The notes under the pieces are model-generated. The model made no database searches. It worked only from the letters and a program-made list of their open reading frames with translations, and was not told the DNA's origin. A program made the translations under genes and the position numbers. Shown in pieces: positions 33,032 to 43,825 of a stretch of 64,000 nucleotides of DNA; the stretch's first letter is position 1, and every line of letters starts with the position of its first letter. The stretch spans positions 4,612 to 68,611 of the forward strand of contig JASJAY010000001.1 in assembly GCA_030066775.1 (NCBI GenBank). The letters run 5' to 3'. The DNA is from Planctomycetota bacterium. Lineage in GTDB: Bacteria; Planctomycetota; PLA2; JAEUHO01.

Positions 33032-35209
33032 TCAGCGCGTGAGTACCGCCCGGTCGAACACCAGGGGGTTGGACGTGTCGTACACGTACACGGCGTCGAA
33101 CCGCGTGTCCGGCGCGAACAGCCGGTGCGTGACGGGATCGTAGTCCGCCGCGCGCGGTGAGATCGGGTTCGGTCCGACGCCCACATCGATGGACGAGAGG
33201 ACCGTTCGGTTGCCCGTCGTGAGGTCGATGCCCGTCACGTCGACGTTGGTCGTGGGGGAGCTGGCGTTGGCGACCTGGTCGCGGAGCAGCAGCACGCGGT
33301 TGTTGGCCGCGTCGAGATGGATCGCGGAACCGCCGGGAAAGGTGCCGGTCCCCAAGGTGCTGTCGGTCACCACGGTGCGAACGCCCGTCGTCCGATTTAC
33401 GGCGTAGAGCGTCCGCGGGAAGCCGTTGTCCAGCACCAGAATCCGGTTGCTCGCGAGGTCCAGCGTCATCGCGTTCGGCACGCTGAAGGCCGGACCGAAG
33501 CCGCCACTGTTGTCGGACAGCGTCGTGCGGTTCCCGGTGGTCGGGTCGATCTCGACGATGTGATCCTGGTTGCTGCTGATCAAGAGCACCGTGCCGTCGA
33601 CTGGATCGAAGAGGAGGTCCATGGCCGACGGGATCGACGGGCCTGCGCCGCGCGCGCCGGCCTGCGAGATCAGCGACCGGTCGCCGTCGTTCAAGTCCAC
33701 CGCATAGAGCGCCTCGGTGTCCCAGTCGTAGATGAAGAGCCGGCGTCCGGCGGCGTCGATCGCGATCGGGCCGAACCCGCCGAAGATCGGGCCGCTCCGC
33801 ACCCCGGGGCCCGAGAAGAGCAGACGCTCGCCGTTGACGGGGTTGATCCGCAAGATCTGCGCGTTGAGGCTCGTATCGCGGATCATCGCGAAGAGGGCGC
33901 CGGTGAGGGGATCGTAGGCGACGTCACCCGGGAAGCGGTCGGTCAGGTCCACGCCCACGCCGATGCGATCGTCGAATACGAGCGAGCGGTTGCCCGTCCC
34001 GAGCGCGATGTCGAAGACCTTGTGCTCTTCGTCGCATGCATAGATGCGACCCGCCGTGCCGTGGTTCTCGACATCGACCACACGGTCGAACTCGGGTCCG
34101 GTGCCGACGCTGTCGCTCGAGAGGGTCGTGCGGTTGCCGGTCGTCACGTCGACGCCGACGATCCGCCGCGTGCCCTCGTCACCGACGACGAGCTGGGCAC
34201 CGTCCATGACGATCCCCGTCAGGGTCTGGAAGTCGTCGCCTGCCCCGGTGTTGTCGTCCGAGATGATCGTGCGCGCCCCCGTCGTGAGGTTGACGGAGTA
34301 GACGGCATTCCGGTCGTTCACGTACGCCGTGTTGCCCAGGAAGTCCGCGACGAGCTCGCGCGGGCCGATGAAGAAATCGTCGCCGGATCCCGCGCCGCCG
34401 TTGCTGCTCACGTCCGTGCGGTTTCCGTTGTCCGGATCGAACGAGATGAGCCCGTTGAACCCCTCGTCGGCCACCAGGACGGTGTCGGTCTGCGGGTCGT
34501 AGGTAAGCGCCATGGGATCGTTGAAGTTCGGCGGCCCCGTGCCGACGCTGCTGCTCGCGACGATGGTGCGTGCGCCCGTGGCCAGCGTGACCTCCATGAC
34601 GCGACGCGCGCCCGGCGAGCCCTGCGCGCCCTCGACGATGAAGGCACGTCCGTTCGGTAGGTCCAGGACGACGCCTTCCGGATCGACGAAGTCGGGTCCG
34701 GCGCCGACGCCGCCTCCGGAGAGGAGCGTGCGGTGGCCGGTGGCGAGGGCGATGGCGGCGAGCGTCTGCAGGCGCGCATCGATGTAGTAGAGGCGCCCGC
34801 TGGCGTCATCCAGGGCGAGCTCTCGCACGAAGAGGGGGTATTGCCCGACGCTCAGGACCTGCACGACGACGTGGGCGGTCAGGACCGCGCCGCCCGGCTG
34901 GAGGACGTCGACGGGCAGCACGTTGAGGCCCGGCGCCAGTGCGACGTCGGCCTCCCACGTGGCGAATCCGTCGCCCGATGTCGCAACGACGCCATCGACA
35001 CGAACGCCGTCCACCTGCGAAGCATCCGGCGCGGTGCCGCGGATTCGGATCGTGGTCTGATCCGTGATGCCGGTGGGGCCCGGGAACACGACACGGACGA
35101 GGGTGTTCTCGGAGATGGCGTCGTCGCCGCCGCCGCCTCCACCGCCGCACCCCACGGGCAGGCACAGGAGCAACCCACTCACGATCAAGACAGCTCGAAG
35201 GGACCTCAT
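33032..35209 (-). CDS. Lipoprotein with tandem ~55 aa beta-propeller-type repeats
   Basis: MRSLRAVLIVSGLLLCLPVGCGGGGGGG (lipobox plus Gly linker). At least 9 repeats with core TTGxRTxxSxxxVGTGPxF...D. Confidence 0.6.
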   Translation of the reverse strand: MRSLRAVLIVSGLLLCLPVGCGGGGGGGDDAISENTLVRVVFPGPTGITDQTTIRIRGTAPDASQVDGVRVDGVVATSGDGFATWEADVALAPGLNVLPVDVLQPGGAVLTAHVVVQVLSVGQYPLFVRELALDDASGRLYYIDARLQTLAAIALATGHRTLLSGGGVGAGPDFVDPEGVVLDLPNGRAFIVEGAQGSPGARRVMEVTLATGARTIVASSSVGTGPPNFNDPMALTYDPQTDTVLVADEGFNGLISFDPDNGNRTDVSSNGGAGSGDDFFIGPRELVADFLGNTAYVNDRNAVYSVNLTTGARTIISDDNTGAGDDFQTLTGIVMDGAQLVVGDEGTRRIVGVDVTTGNRTTLSSDSVGTGPEFDRVVDVENHGTAGRIYACDEEHKVFDIALGTGNRSLVFDDRIGVGVDLTDRFPGDVAYDPLTGALFAMIRDTSLNAQILRINPVNGERLLFSGPGVRSGPIFGGFGPIAIDAAGRRLFIYDWDTEALYAVDLNDGDRSLISQAGARGAGPSIPSAMDLLFDPVDGTVLLISSNQDHIVEIDPTTGNRTTLSDNSGGFGPAFSVPNAMTLDLASNRILVLDNGFPRTLYAVNRTTGVRTVVTDSTLGTGTFPGGSAIHLDAANNRVLLLRDQVANASSPTTNVDVTGIDLTTGNRTVLSSIDVGVGPNPISPRAADYDPVTHRLFAPDTRFDAVYVYDTSNPLVFDRAVLTR

Positions 35210-35275
35210 GCGACAGCCTCCGTATCCAACCCGTGCATTATGCCGGGTTGGCGGATGCCTGTCGCGTGCCCCGGA

Positions 35276-37441
35276 TCAGGACGCCCCGTCCAGCGCGGCC
35301 CGTACGTGGCTCGACAGCTGCGTGGGGCTGAAGGGCTTCTGGAGCAGCTGGATCGCGGGGTCCAGCTTGCCCTTGTCGTTCAGCGCCTCGAACGGGTAGC
35401 CGGACATGTAGAGCACCCGCAGGTCGGGGCGCTTGGTGCGCAGGCGCTCGGCGAGCTCGGTGCCCCGCATGCCCGGCAGGACGACGTCGGTCAGCAACAG
35501 ATCGATGCGGCTCGGGTCCGCCATGGCGATCGCGAGGCCCGCGTCGGGGTCCTTGGCCGCGAGGACGCGGTAGCCGCATACCTGCAGGATCTCGACGGTC
35601 AGGTTGCGCACGGAAGCGTTGTCCTCGACGAGCAGCACGGTCTCGGGCCCGCGGGAGAGTGCGCGCTCGGCCGGCTGGGGCTCCGAGGCGGCGTGATCGA
35701 CGGAGGTGCGCGGCAGGAAGATGACGAACGACGAGCCCTGGCCCTCTGTGCTGTTCACACGAATCGTGCCGTTGCTCTGCTTGACGATGCCGTAGACGGT
35801 GGCGAGGCCGAGCCCTGTCCCGTCAGCGGGGTCCTTCGTCGAGAAGAACGGCTCGAAGATGAAGTCGAGGACGTGGGCCGGGATGCCACTGCCCCGGTCG
35901 GCGACCTCGAGGCGTACGAAGGCGTCGCCGTCGAGCTCGGACTTGAGGTCGTCGACCAAGTCCGCCCGGGCGACGTTTCGCGTCGAGATGCGCAGGACGC
36001 CGCCGTTCGGCATCGCATCGCGGGCGTTCACGGCGAGGTTCACGATGATCTGCTCGACCTGGCCGGCATCGACGAACACGGGGTGCAGGTCGTCCGCCAG
36101 CCGGGTGCGAAGCTCGATGTCCTCGCCCAGGAGCAGCTGGAGCATCTTGACGAGGTCCTTGACCGCGTGGCTCAGGTCCAGGACGACCGGCTTCAGGACC
36201 TGCTTCCGGCTGAACGCCAGGAGCTGTTGCGTCAGCTGGCCGGCGCGCTCACCGCTGCGCAGGATCTCGCGCGCGTAGGTCGCAACCGGGCTCTCCTCGT
36301 CCACGGCAGCCAGGCTGAGCTCGGCATAGCCGCAGATGGCCGTGAGCACGTTGTTGAAGTCGTGGGCGACGCCGCCGGCGAGACGCCCAATGGCGCCCAG
36401 TCGATCCGCCTGGCGTAGCGCATCGGAGAGCTCGCGCGCGCGTCTGCGCGAGCGCTCGATCTCGCGCTCGGCGTGCTCGACGTTGAACCGCGCCTGCATC
36501 TCCGCGATCTTGCGCGTGCGCTCCTTGTCGAAGTCGCGCTCCTGCTGCTCGGTCAGACGACGCAGGGCCTCGAGGGCTTCAGGCAAGTTCCCGCGTGCCT
36601 CTTCGAAGTTGGCGAGCAGCCGATGGGCCTGCAGGAGATGGTCCTCGAGGTCGTGCTTTTCGAGCAGCTCGAGACCCGGACGAAGCGTGGCCTCGACCTG
36701 GTCGAGCTCGCCCATCGTGAAGTGCAGCTGCGCGATGTTCAGGAGCGCACTGGCAACGCCGCGCTCGTCGCCGAGCTCCCGCTTGAGCTCGAGCGCTTCC
36801 TCCCACGGCGCGAAGGCGTTCTTGGGATTGCCGAGATCGTGATGGATCGCGCCCAGGTTGATCAGCGCGACGCTCAGGGCGCGCGTCATCCCATGCTGCC
36901 GCGCAACGCCGATCACCTCCTCGATCTGCGCGCGCGCGTTCTCGTACTCACCTTTCTTGATGAGCGCCATGGCGAGGCTGTTCTTCGCCGTCGTCAGCGT
37001 ATCCGTGTCGAGGCGTTCGGCGCGGGCCACGGCCTTCTCGAGATACCGCGTCGCCTCGCCGGTGTTGCCCCACATCCCATGGGCCACGCCGACGCAGCAC
37101 TCTACGCGCGTTGCGGCTACGTCATCGACGCCGCTGTAGTAGGAGAGGGCGTCGAGCAGCGAGTGCAGCGCCCGGCGGCTATGCCCCCGTCGCAGGTGGC
37201 TTCGCCCGAGAACGAAGGACGCAGCGGCACGCGCTTCACCGTGTGCGTCCTCGCCGGCGAGGGCGAGCCCTTCTGTCGCAAGCTCTCCCGCGCGCTGGGG
37301 ATCTGCTTGCAGCAGGGAGCTGGCCTCGTCGATGGCGGGCCACGCCGGGCTCGAAGCTCGATCCGCCTGCATGCCGTCTCCACACATTCCGATCAGCACA
37401 CCCAATCGAACCCGGCACGCCCCCTCGAGCGCAAACCGCAA
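35276..37441 (-). CDS. Hybrid sensor histidine kinase with N-terminal TPR repeats (TPR, HisKA, HATPase_c, REC)
   Basis: H-box VAHDFNNVLTAICG, N/G boxes, and C-terminal receiver (VLLVEDNASV...DLLLTDVVLPGM). TPR-like helices lie N-terminal. The true start may be downstream of 37441. Confidence 0.75.
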   Translation of the reverse strand: MRFALEGACRVRLGVLIGMCGDGMQADRASSPAWPAIDEASSLLQADPQRAGELATEGLALAGEDAHGEARAAASFVLGRSHLRRGHSRRALHSLLDALSYYSGVDDVAATRVECCVGVAHGMWGNTGEATRYLEKAVARAERLDTDTLTTAKNSLAMALIKKGEYENARAQIEEVIGVARQHGMTRALSVALINLGAIHHDLGNPKNAFAPWEEALELKRELGDERGVASALLNIAQLHFTMGELDQVEATLRPGLELLEKHDLEDHLLQAHRLLANFEEARGNLPEALEALRRLTEQQERDFDKERTRKIAEMQARFNVEHAEREIERSRRRARELSDALRQADRLGAIGRLAGGVAHDFNNVLTAICGYAELSLAAVDEESPVATYAREILRSGERAGQLTQQLLAFSRKQVLKPVVLDLSHAVKDLVKMLQLLLGEDIELRTRLADDLHPVFVDAGQVEQIIVNLAVNARDAMPNGGVLRISTRNVARADLVDDLKSELDGDAFVRLEVADRGSGIPAHVLDFIFEPFFSTKDPADGTGLGLATVYGIVKQSNGTIRVNSTEGQGSSFVIFLPRTSVDHAASEPQPAERALSRGPETVLLVEDNASVRNLTVEILQVCGYRVLAAKDPDAGLAIAMADPSRIDLLLTDVVLPGMRGTELAERLRTKRPDLRVLYMSGYPFEALNDKGKLDPAIQLLQKPFSPTQLSSHVRAALDGAS

Positions 37442-37501
37442 TTAACAATGTCCAAATCCTCGGTGGCCGGCGCGCAGGGACGGACGTCGCAGGCAGTCGA
37501 T

Positions 37502-38494
37502 TCAGGCGGTGTGCGCTCGGTCGACCCGCAGGCCGGGGAGATTCTGGTCGTACGTGAACGCGAGCCGGATCCCCGCCTCGAGCGGCGGCGTGTCCGTCAC
37601 GATGTGGGGGAAGGTGATGCCCGAGTCGTAGTCGCCTAGGGCGTGATTGCCGTGGACTTCGACCGCCGTCGCAATAACCAGGTGCTCCCCCGCCGCGGGC
37701 GCGCGAGGCAAGGTGACGGTCGTGGGCTTGAAGGCGTCCGCCGCCCGCGCCGTCGCGGCCGAGAGCTCGAACAGGGTACCCAGCTCGACCCTGTCGCGGC
37801 GCGGATCCGCCGGGTCGACCTCCGCGCTGGGATTCGCGAGGCACGCGCGCAGCGTGATGCGCGCCGGGACGAGCACCGTGTCGTCCGAGAGCTGGCGTAG
37901 GAGATTGCGCGTGACGGCCACCTGGGGCTCGTTGGTCAAGGCGCGCTGCATGGTCTCGACCAGCAGGATGTCCACGACGGGATTCGCGGGCGCGGTCCAG
38001 GCCGCGGCGTCGGCTTGCACCATGTGCTGGACGTACGGCGCGAGCTCGAGCTGATCGACGAGTCGCTGGACGCTCTGGATCGATGCCGCGTGCACGTCGA
38101 GCAGCGTGAAGCGGAGCGTGTCGGGCGCGAACCGCGTCGTGAGGGGGAGCGCGAGCGTCGCGAACGGACCGCACCCTGCGTAGAGGACGTGCACGGGGCG
38201 ATCACCGCAGCGTGTCCGCAGGTCCTCGATCGCTGCCGTGAGACCGAGCAGATAGGCGCGCGTACGCGCGAGGTCGAGCAGGCAGCGTCCCGCATCCACG
38301 GGGGAGAGCGCCGTGCCCGTCGGAAGGTGCGTGGGCTCCTTTGCATCGTCGGCAGCCGAGATCCGCGTGGCTTCGTCCAGCAGGACGTGGAGCCGGTTGG
38401 CTGCGGTGAACGTGTCGCCGGGCGTGCTGTCTGGATCCAGCAGCACCCCCGTGAGCTCACGGAAGGTCTCGTGGTTGAGGGAGGCGCTGCCCAT
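37502..38494 (-). CDS. Putative class I SAM-dependent methyltransferase-like protein
   Basis: VLYAGCGPFATLAL (motif I-like), LLDVH (post-I acidic residue) and DILLVETM (motif II-like). Assignment is tentative. Confidence 0.45.
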   Translation of the reverse strand: MGSASLNHETFRELTGVLLDPDSTPGDTFTAANRLHVLLDEATRISAADDAKEPTHLPTGTALSPVDAGRCLLDLARTRAYLLGLTAAIEDLRTRCGDRPVHVLYAGCGPFATLALPLTTRFAPDTLRFTLLDVHAASIQSVQRLVDQLELAPYVQHMVQADAAAWTAPANPVVDILLVETMQRALTNEPQVAVTRNLLRQLSDDTVLVPARITLRACLANPSAEVDPADPRRDRVELGTLFELSAATARAADAFKPTTVTLPRAPAAGEHLVIATAVEVHGNHALGDYDSGITFPHIVTDTPPLEAGIRLAFTYDQNLPGLRVDRAHTA

Positions 38495-38509
38495 CGATGT
38501 AGGCAGACG

Positions 38510-39949
38510 CTAGAGCTCCTTCGACTTGAGCACGAGCATCTTCTCGACCTGCATGTCGGCGATCGTGTAGCCGATGCCACCGATGCCCAGCCCGGACTCG
38601 CGCAGGCCGGCGAAGGGCATGCCGTCGACCCGGAAGGCGGTGTGGTCGCCGACCATGACGGCCGAGGCGGCGACGCGGCGGTAGACCCGCAGCGCCGTGT
38701 CCATGTCCTGCGTGAAGACGGCCGCCTGGAACGCCACCGGCAAGGCGTTGGCCTGCTCGATGGCGGCGTCGAGATCGTCGTAGGGGTAGACGCACACGAC
38801 CGGGCCGAAGACCTCCTCCGTGCTGACCTTGGCATCGGCCGGCGGATCGAAGAGCACGGTGCAGGGGTAGCACGTCTCGGAGAGCGGGTCGCCGCCCGCC
38901 AGGCGCTCGGCGCCCGCCTCGACGGCATCCTCGACCCACTCGTGCACGCGCGTCACCTCACGCGGTCGGATCAGCGGGCCCACCTCGGTCTCGGCGCTCG
39001 TGGGATCCCCGATGACCTGCGCGCGTGCCGCGTCGGCCAGCCGCTCGGCGAAGGTGCGCGCGATCTCCCGGTGCGCGTAGACGCGCTGGACGGATACGCA
39101 GACCTGGCCGGCGTGATAGAAGCCGCCCTTGGCTGCGGCGGGCACCGCCGCGTCGAGGTCCGCGTCGGCGGCGAGGAAGAGTGGCGCCACGCCGCCGTGC
39201 TCCAGCGCGCACCGTGTGCCGGGCGCCAGCTTGCTGCGCAGCATCCAGCCCACGCGGGCGCTGCCGATGAACGTGAAGAACGCAACGCGCGGATCGGTGA
39301 CGAGCGCTTCGGCGGACGCGTGCGAGTCGGTGAGCAGCACCTGGCACCACGCCGGCGGCAGGCCAGCCTCGCGGAACAGCTCGGCCAGGCGGATGCACGA
39401 GAGCGGCGTGTCCTCCGCGGGCTTCACGATCACCGGGCAGCCGGCGGCCACCGCCGCCGCCACCTGGTGCACGATCAGGTTCAGCGGGTGGTTGAACGCA
39501 CTCACCGCGACCACCGGCCCGATCGGCTCGCGCTGGGTAAGAGCGATTCGGCCGGCGCCGGCGGGCGTGCCGCCCATGGGGATCACGTCGCCTTGCTCGG
39601 TACGGATCACCTCGATGCAGAGGTGGATGCCGTCGATGGCGCGCGCGACCTCGACGCGCGAGTCGATCAGCGGCTTTCCGCCTTCGCGCGCGGCCTGCAC
39701 GGCGAGCGCTTCCTGCTCGGCCTCCATCAGGGCGGCCGTGCGCTTCAAGATGGCGATGCGCTCATGGAGCGGGAGCCAACCGTCACGGTCTGCATGTGTC
39801 GCGGCCGCGACGGCCAGGGCCTCGTCGACGTGGGTTGCGTCGCCCACGGGCAGCTCGGCGATGACGCTGCCGTCGTAGGGAGCCGTCACCGTCGTCGTGC
39901 CGGCCGGCGGTCGGTCGCTCTCGATCATCAGCCGGGCATCGCTCTGCAT
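38510..39949 (-). CDS. NAD(P)-dependent aldehyde dehydrogenase
   Basis: 479 aa. ALDH motifs (FNHPLNLIVHQVAAAVAAGCPVIVKPAEDTP; catalytic Cys in GQVCVSVQRVY; ELGG-like ESGLG). Start MQSDARL is internal to ORF 38510..40993. Confidence 0.85.
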   Translation of the reverse strand: MQSDARLMIESDRPPAGTTTVTAPYDGSVIAELPVGDATHVDEALAVAAATHADRDGWLPLHERIAILKRTAALMEAEQEALAVQAAREGGKPLIDSRVEVARAIDGIHLCIEVIRTEQGDVIPMGGTPAGAGRIALTQREPIGPVVAVSAFNHPLNLIVHQVAAAVAAGCPVIVKPAEDTPLSCIRLAELFREAGLPPAWCQVLLTDSHASAEALVTDPRVAFFTFIGSARVGWMLRSKLAPGTRCALEHGGVAPLFLAADADLDAAVPAAAKGGFYHAGQVCVSVQRVYAHREIARTFAERLADAARAQVIGDPTSAETEVGPLIRPREVTRVHEWVEDAVEAGAERLAGGDPLSETCYPCTVLFDPPADAKVSTEEVFGPVVCVYPYDDLDAAIEQANALPVAFQAAVFTQDMDTALRVYRRVAASAVMVGDHTAFRVDGMPFAGLRESGLGIGGIGYTIADMQVEKMLVLKSKEL

Positions 39950-39963
39950 GGTCGTCTCCGGGG

Positions 39964-41613
39964 CTAGAGCTGCTGGGTGATCTCGCCGAGGCGTTCGGTG
40001 AGCAGCGTGTTCTCGCGGTAGTCGATCGGGACCACGACCAGGCTCGGGCCGGGCTCGTTGAATGCGGCTTCCAGGGTGTCCCGAAGCTCCGCGCTCTTCG
40101 TGACACAGTGTCCGCTCCAGCCGAAGGCCTCGGCCAGCTTCGTCCAGCTCGGGTTGCCGAACGCGAGGTCGGTGTGGCGGTCGAACTCGTTGTCCTGCTT
40201 CCACGCGATCAGGCCGTAGCCGCCGTCTTCCCAGACCATCACGGTGATGTTGCTGTCGAGGCGGCGCGCGGTCTCCATCTCCTGCACGTTCATCAGGAAG
40301 CCGCCGTCGCCGGCGATGGCCAGCACGCGCCGATCGGGGTGGACCAGGCCGGCGGCGATGGCGCCCGGAAGCGCGAAGCCCATCGAGCAGAACCCGTTGG
40401 GGATCAGGCAGGTATTGGGCTCGTGGCAGTGGTAGTGGCGCGCGATCCACATCTTGTGTGCGCCGACGTCGGAGAGCAGCACGTCCTTCGGGCCCAGGAC
40501 CTGGCGCGCGTCCCAGAGGGCCTTCTGCGGCCGGATGAAGCCGTCCGTGTCGTCGTTCGCGTGCGTCGCGAGGTCTTCGCCCATGCGGCGGCGCATCTCG
40601 GCCTGGTAGCCGAGGTCGAGATCGAGCGGGGTGGTCTCGAGGCGCTCGTTGAAGGCCCACAGCGTGTGCTGGAGCTCGCCGATGAGCTCGACCTGCGGGT
40701 TGTAGTACTCGTCGATCTCGGCCGGGAGGAAGTCGGCGTGGATGATCGGCTTGTCGCCGTCCGCGTTCCACAGCCGCGGGTGGTACTCGACCATGTCGAA
40801 GCCGAGGGTGATCACGAGGTCGGACTCGTCGATCACCACGGCGGGCAGGTCCTTGGAGCCGAGGCCGATCGTGTAGAGGCACTGGGGCGCGTCCATGTCG
40901 ACCACGCCCTTCGCCATGAAGGTGCTGATGACGCCGATGCCGGTGCGCTCGACGAACGCGCGCAGCTGCGGGCCGGCGTCCTTCCGGATGCACCCGTTAC
41001 CGGCGAGGATCACGGGGCGCTTCGCGGCGGCGAGCATCGCCATCGCCTGGTCGATGATCTTGTCGTCCGGCACGTAGCGCCGGAACCGACGTACGGGCAT
41101 CGGCTCGGCGTCGGTCTCGTGCTTGGCCACGTCCTCGGGCAGCTCGATGTGCACGGCGCCGGGCTTCTCCGTGCGCGCGAGCCGCACGGCCTTGCGCAGG
41201 ATCTCGGGGATCGTGTCCGCGTTCACGATCGTGGTCGCCCACTTCGTGACGGGCCGGAACATGGAGACCACGTCCATGATCTGGTGCGACTCCTTGTGTA
41301 GCCGCTCGGTCGAGCCCTGGCCCGTGATCACGAGCATGGGGGCGAGGTCCATGTTCGCGTCGGCGACGCCCGTGATCAGGTTCGTGGCGCCGGGGCCGAG
41401 GGTGCCGAGGCACACCGCCGGATTGCCCGTCAGGCGGCCGTAGACCTCCGCCATGAACGCCGCGCCCTGCTCGTGGCGGGTGAGCACGAAGCGGATCGAG
41501 TCCGACTGCTCGAGCGACATCATGAAGTCGGCGTTCTCTTCGCCCGGGACGCCGAACACGTACTCGATGCCCTCGGCTTCCAGGCAGCGCACGATCAGGT
41601 CGGAGGCCTTCAT
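39964..41613 (-). CDS. Acetolactate-synthase-like thiamine-diphosphate-dependent enzyme
   Basis: 549 aa. N-terminal Pyr domain (YVFGVPGEEN...RHEQGAAFMAEVYGRLTG), and a C-terminal PP domain with the GDGGF/LMNVQE TPP-binding motif. Start MKASDLIVRCLEAEG is internal to ORF 39964..41736. Confidence 0.8.
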   Translation of the reverse strand: MKASDLIVRCLEAEGIEYVFGVPGEENADFMMSLEQSDSIRFVLTRHEQGAAFMAEVYGRLTGNPAVCLGTLGPGATNLITGVADANMDLAPMLVITGQGSTERLHKESHQIMDVVSMFRPVTKWATTIVNADTIPEILRKAVRLARTEKPGAVHIELPEDVAKHETDAEPMPVRRFRRYVPDDKIIDQAMAMLAAAKRPVILAGNGCIRKDAGPQLRAFVERTGIGVISTFMAKGVVDMDAPQCLYTIGLGSKDLPAVVIDESDLVITLGFDMVEYHPRLWNADGDKPIIHADFLPAEIDEYYNPQVELIGELQHTLWAFNERLETTPLDLDLGYQAEMRRRMGEDLATHANDDTDGFIRPQKALWDARQVLGPKDVLLSDVGAHKMWIARHYHCHEPNTCLIPNGFCSMGFALPGAIAAGLVHPDRRVLAIAGDGGFLMNVQEMETARRLDSNITVMVWEDGGYGLIAWKQDNEFDRHTDLAFGNPSWTKLAEAFGWSGHCVTKSAELRDTLEAAFNEPGPSLVVVPIDYRENTLLTERLGEITQQL

Positions 41614-41832
41614 CCGATGCTCCTCGGGGGGGCCATGATGGGGGCCGGCGAGTGCCTCACAAGCCCTTCCGCTGCCGTCCCGACGCCGCCCGGGAGGCCC
41701 ACGTTTCAGGGATTCGCCCCGCGAACGCCCCTCCAAGTTGAGACCGCGTTAAGAGATCGACCCCCCGGCGTGGCGCCGCCGCGGGGGTTCCCTACGGTCC
41801 ACCTGACGAGAGAGAGTGGTGAGGTCCGGTCC

Positions 41833-43791
41833 ATGGCGCTGCCCGCACGCCCCGTGCACAAGCTGTTCAGCTCCGGGAGCGTTGCGCTCGTCGGGTGGCG
41901 GGCCGAGGACGGCTGGCCGCTCGACTTCGTGTCGCCCAGCCTCCGAGACATCCTCGGGTTCGGCGCGGACGACCTGCTGAGCCAGGGCACCGGCCTCGAG
42001 AAGCTCGTCCATCCGAGCGATCTCGACGACCTCCGCGAGGCACACCGCGTGCACGTCGCGAGCTCGGCCGAGCGCTTCGATCCCGCCGACTTCCGGCTGA
42101 AGACCGCCGAGGGGCAGTGGCGGTGGGTGCACGCCTCGCTGACCATCGAGCGCGATGCCGAGGGCGGGGCGGCGCGTCTCTTTGGCTATCTGCTCGACGT
42201 GACGGATCGCAAGCGCGCGGAGACCGCGCTCGAGCGCCAGCGCCAGCGACTCGAGCTCGTGATCCAGGGGACGCGCCTCGGGATGTGGGACTGGAACCCC
42301 CAGACGAACGACGTGATGTTCAACGAGACGTGGGCGCAGATGCTGGGCTACGAGCTCAGCGAGATCACGCCGTCGCTCGAGGAGTGGGAGAGCCGCGTCC
42401 ACCCGGACGACCTGGCCGCCTGCTACGAGGACATCACGGCGCACATGGAAGGGCGCGTCCCGTTCTACGAGAACGTGCATCGGATGCGCCACAAGCGCGG
42501 GCACTGGGTCTACATCCTGGACCGCGGCCAGATCATGGAGCGCGACGAGCAAGGGCGGCCGACGCGCTTCACCGGCACCCACACCGACATCACGAAGGAG
42601 AAGCTCGCCGAGCTCGAGGCCAAGGAGGCGAACGACGCCAAGAGCCTCTTCCTTGCGAACATGTCGCATGAGATCCGCACGCCGCTCAATGGCGTGCTCG
42701 GCCTGGTGCAGCTGCTCGAGAGCACCGACCTCGACGCGGAGCAGCTCGATCACCTGCGCCTGATCCGCGAGAGCGGCGAGGGGCTCCTGACCGTCATCAA
42801 CGACATCCTCGACTTCTCGAAGATCGAGGCCGGCGAGCTGACTGTCGATCCGCACAGCTTCGATCTGGAGCGCGTGGTGCGCCGCGTCGCGGACCTGCAC
42901 CGCGAGGTCGCGTTCCGCAAGGGGCTGCAGCTCCACGTCGAGGCGCGTGGCGACATCCCGGACTGGATCATCTCGGACTCGCACCGCGTGCAGCAGGTGC
43001 TCATGAACCTCGTCTCCAACGCGGTGAAGTTCACCGAGGTGGGCAGCGTCTCGATCCACGTCGATGCGCAGCCGGCGACGGCGGGCATCCATGACCTGAA
43101 GATCCAGGTACGCGACACGGGCAAGGGCATCGAGGACGCGAGCGCGATCTTCGACAGCTTCCGCCAGGAGGACGCAGGCATCTCGCGTCAGTACGGCGGC
43201 ACGGGGCTCGGCCTTGCCATTAGCCGACGGCTCGCGGACCTGCTCGGCGGGGGGCTCGACGTCGAGAGCACGCCGGGCGAGGGATCGACCTTCACCCTGT
43301 GGCTGCCGGTCGAGGTGGGGGAGCCGGTTCCGGATCGAGTCCCCGGCAGCGCGTTCGAGACCACGGATCTCGAATCCCTGCGGATCCTCGTGGCCGAGGA
43401 CAACGAGGTGAACCAGGTCGTCGCGCAGAGCGTGCTCGAGAAGCTGGGTGCGCAGGTCGACATCGCCAAGAACGGCGCCGAGGCGGTTGCCGCGGTCGAG
43501 GAGGCGACCTACGACCTCGTGCTCATGGACATGCACATGCCGGAGATGGACGGTCTCGAGGCCGCGCGCCGGCTGCGGGCGCATCCGTCGACGATCCGGC
43601 TGCCGATCATCGCCCTCTCCGCTGATGCGCTGCCCGAGACGCGTGAGGCCTGCCTCGAGGCGGGCATGAATGCGTTCATGACCAAGCCCTTCGAGGTGGA
43701 GTTGCTCAGCGAGAGCATCCAGCAGGTGCTGGCGGCGCGCGCTGCCGACGCGGCCGATCTCGCCGCCGTGCGCCGGCGCTCCGCATCCTGA
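41833..43791 (+). CDS. Cytoplasmic hybrid sensor histidine kinase (PAS-PAS, HisKA, HATPase_c, REC)
   Basis: Two PAS-like blocks, H-box [17 protein letters not shown] boxes, and C-terminal receiver ([10 protein letters not shown]...[14 protein letters not shown]...K). No TM segment. Start is internal to ORF 41473..43791. Confidence 0.8.
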   Translation: MALPARPVHKLFSSGSVALVGWRAEDGWPLDFVSPSLRDILGFGADDLLSQGTGLEKLVHPSDLDDLREAHRVHVASSAERFDPADFRLKTAEGQWRWVHASLTIERDAEGGAARLFGYLLDVTDRKRAETALERQRQRLELVIQGTRLGMWDWNPQTNDVMFNETWAQMLGYELSEITPSLEEWESRVHPDDLAACYEDITAHMEGRVPFYENVHRMRHKRGHWVYILDRGQIMERDEQGRPTRFTGTHTDITKEKLAELEAKEANDAKSLFLANMSHEIRTPLNGVLGLVQLLESTDLDAEQLDHLRLIRESGEGLLTVINDILDFSKIEAGELTVDPHSFDLERVVRRVADLHREVAFRKGLQLHVEARGDIPDWIISDSHRVQQVLMNLVSNAVKFTEVGSVSIHVDAQPATAGIHDLKIQVRDTGKGIEDASAIFDSFRQEDAGISRQYGGTGLGLAISRRLADLLGGGLDVESTPGEGSTFTLWLPVEVGEPVPDRVPGSAFETTDLESLRILVAEDNEVNQVVAQSVLEKLGAQVDIAKNGAEAVAAVEEATYDLVLMDMHMPEMDGLEAARRLRAHPSTIRLPIIALSADALPETREACLEAGMNAFMTKPFEVELLSESIQQVLAARAADAADLAAVRRRSAS

Positions 43792-43825
43792 GCCCGTCCC
43801 CGACCCATGCCGGGGCCGCCGCCGG

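Noticed and set aside
38015-39967. 650 aa plus-strand ORF antisense to the aldehyde dehydrogenase
   Set aside because: No domain signal, Arg/Gly-rich, and fully shadowed by a gene with clear ALDH motifs on the other strand. The same reasoning applies to 1857..3392(-), 41749..43584(-), 47181..49034(-), 52039..53961(-), 53870..55261(-) and 59932..61881(-).
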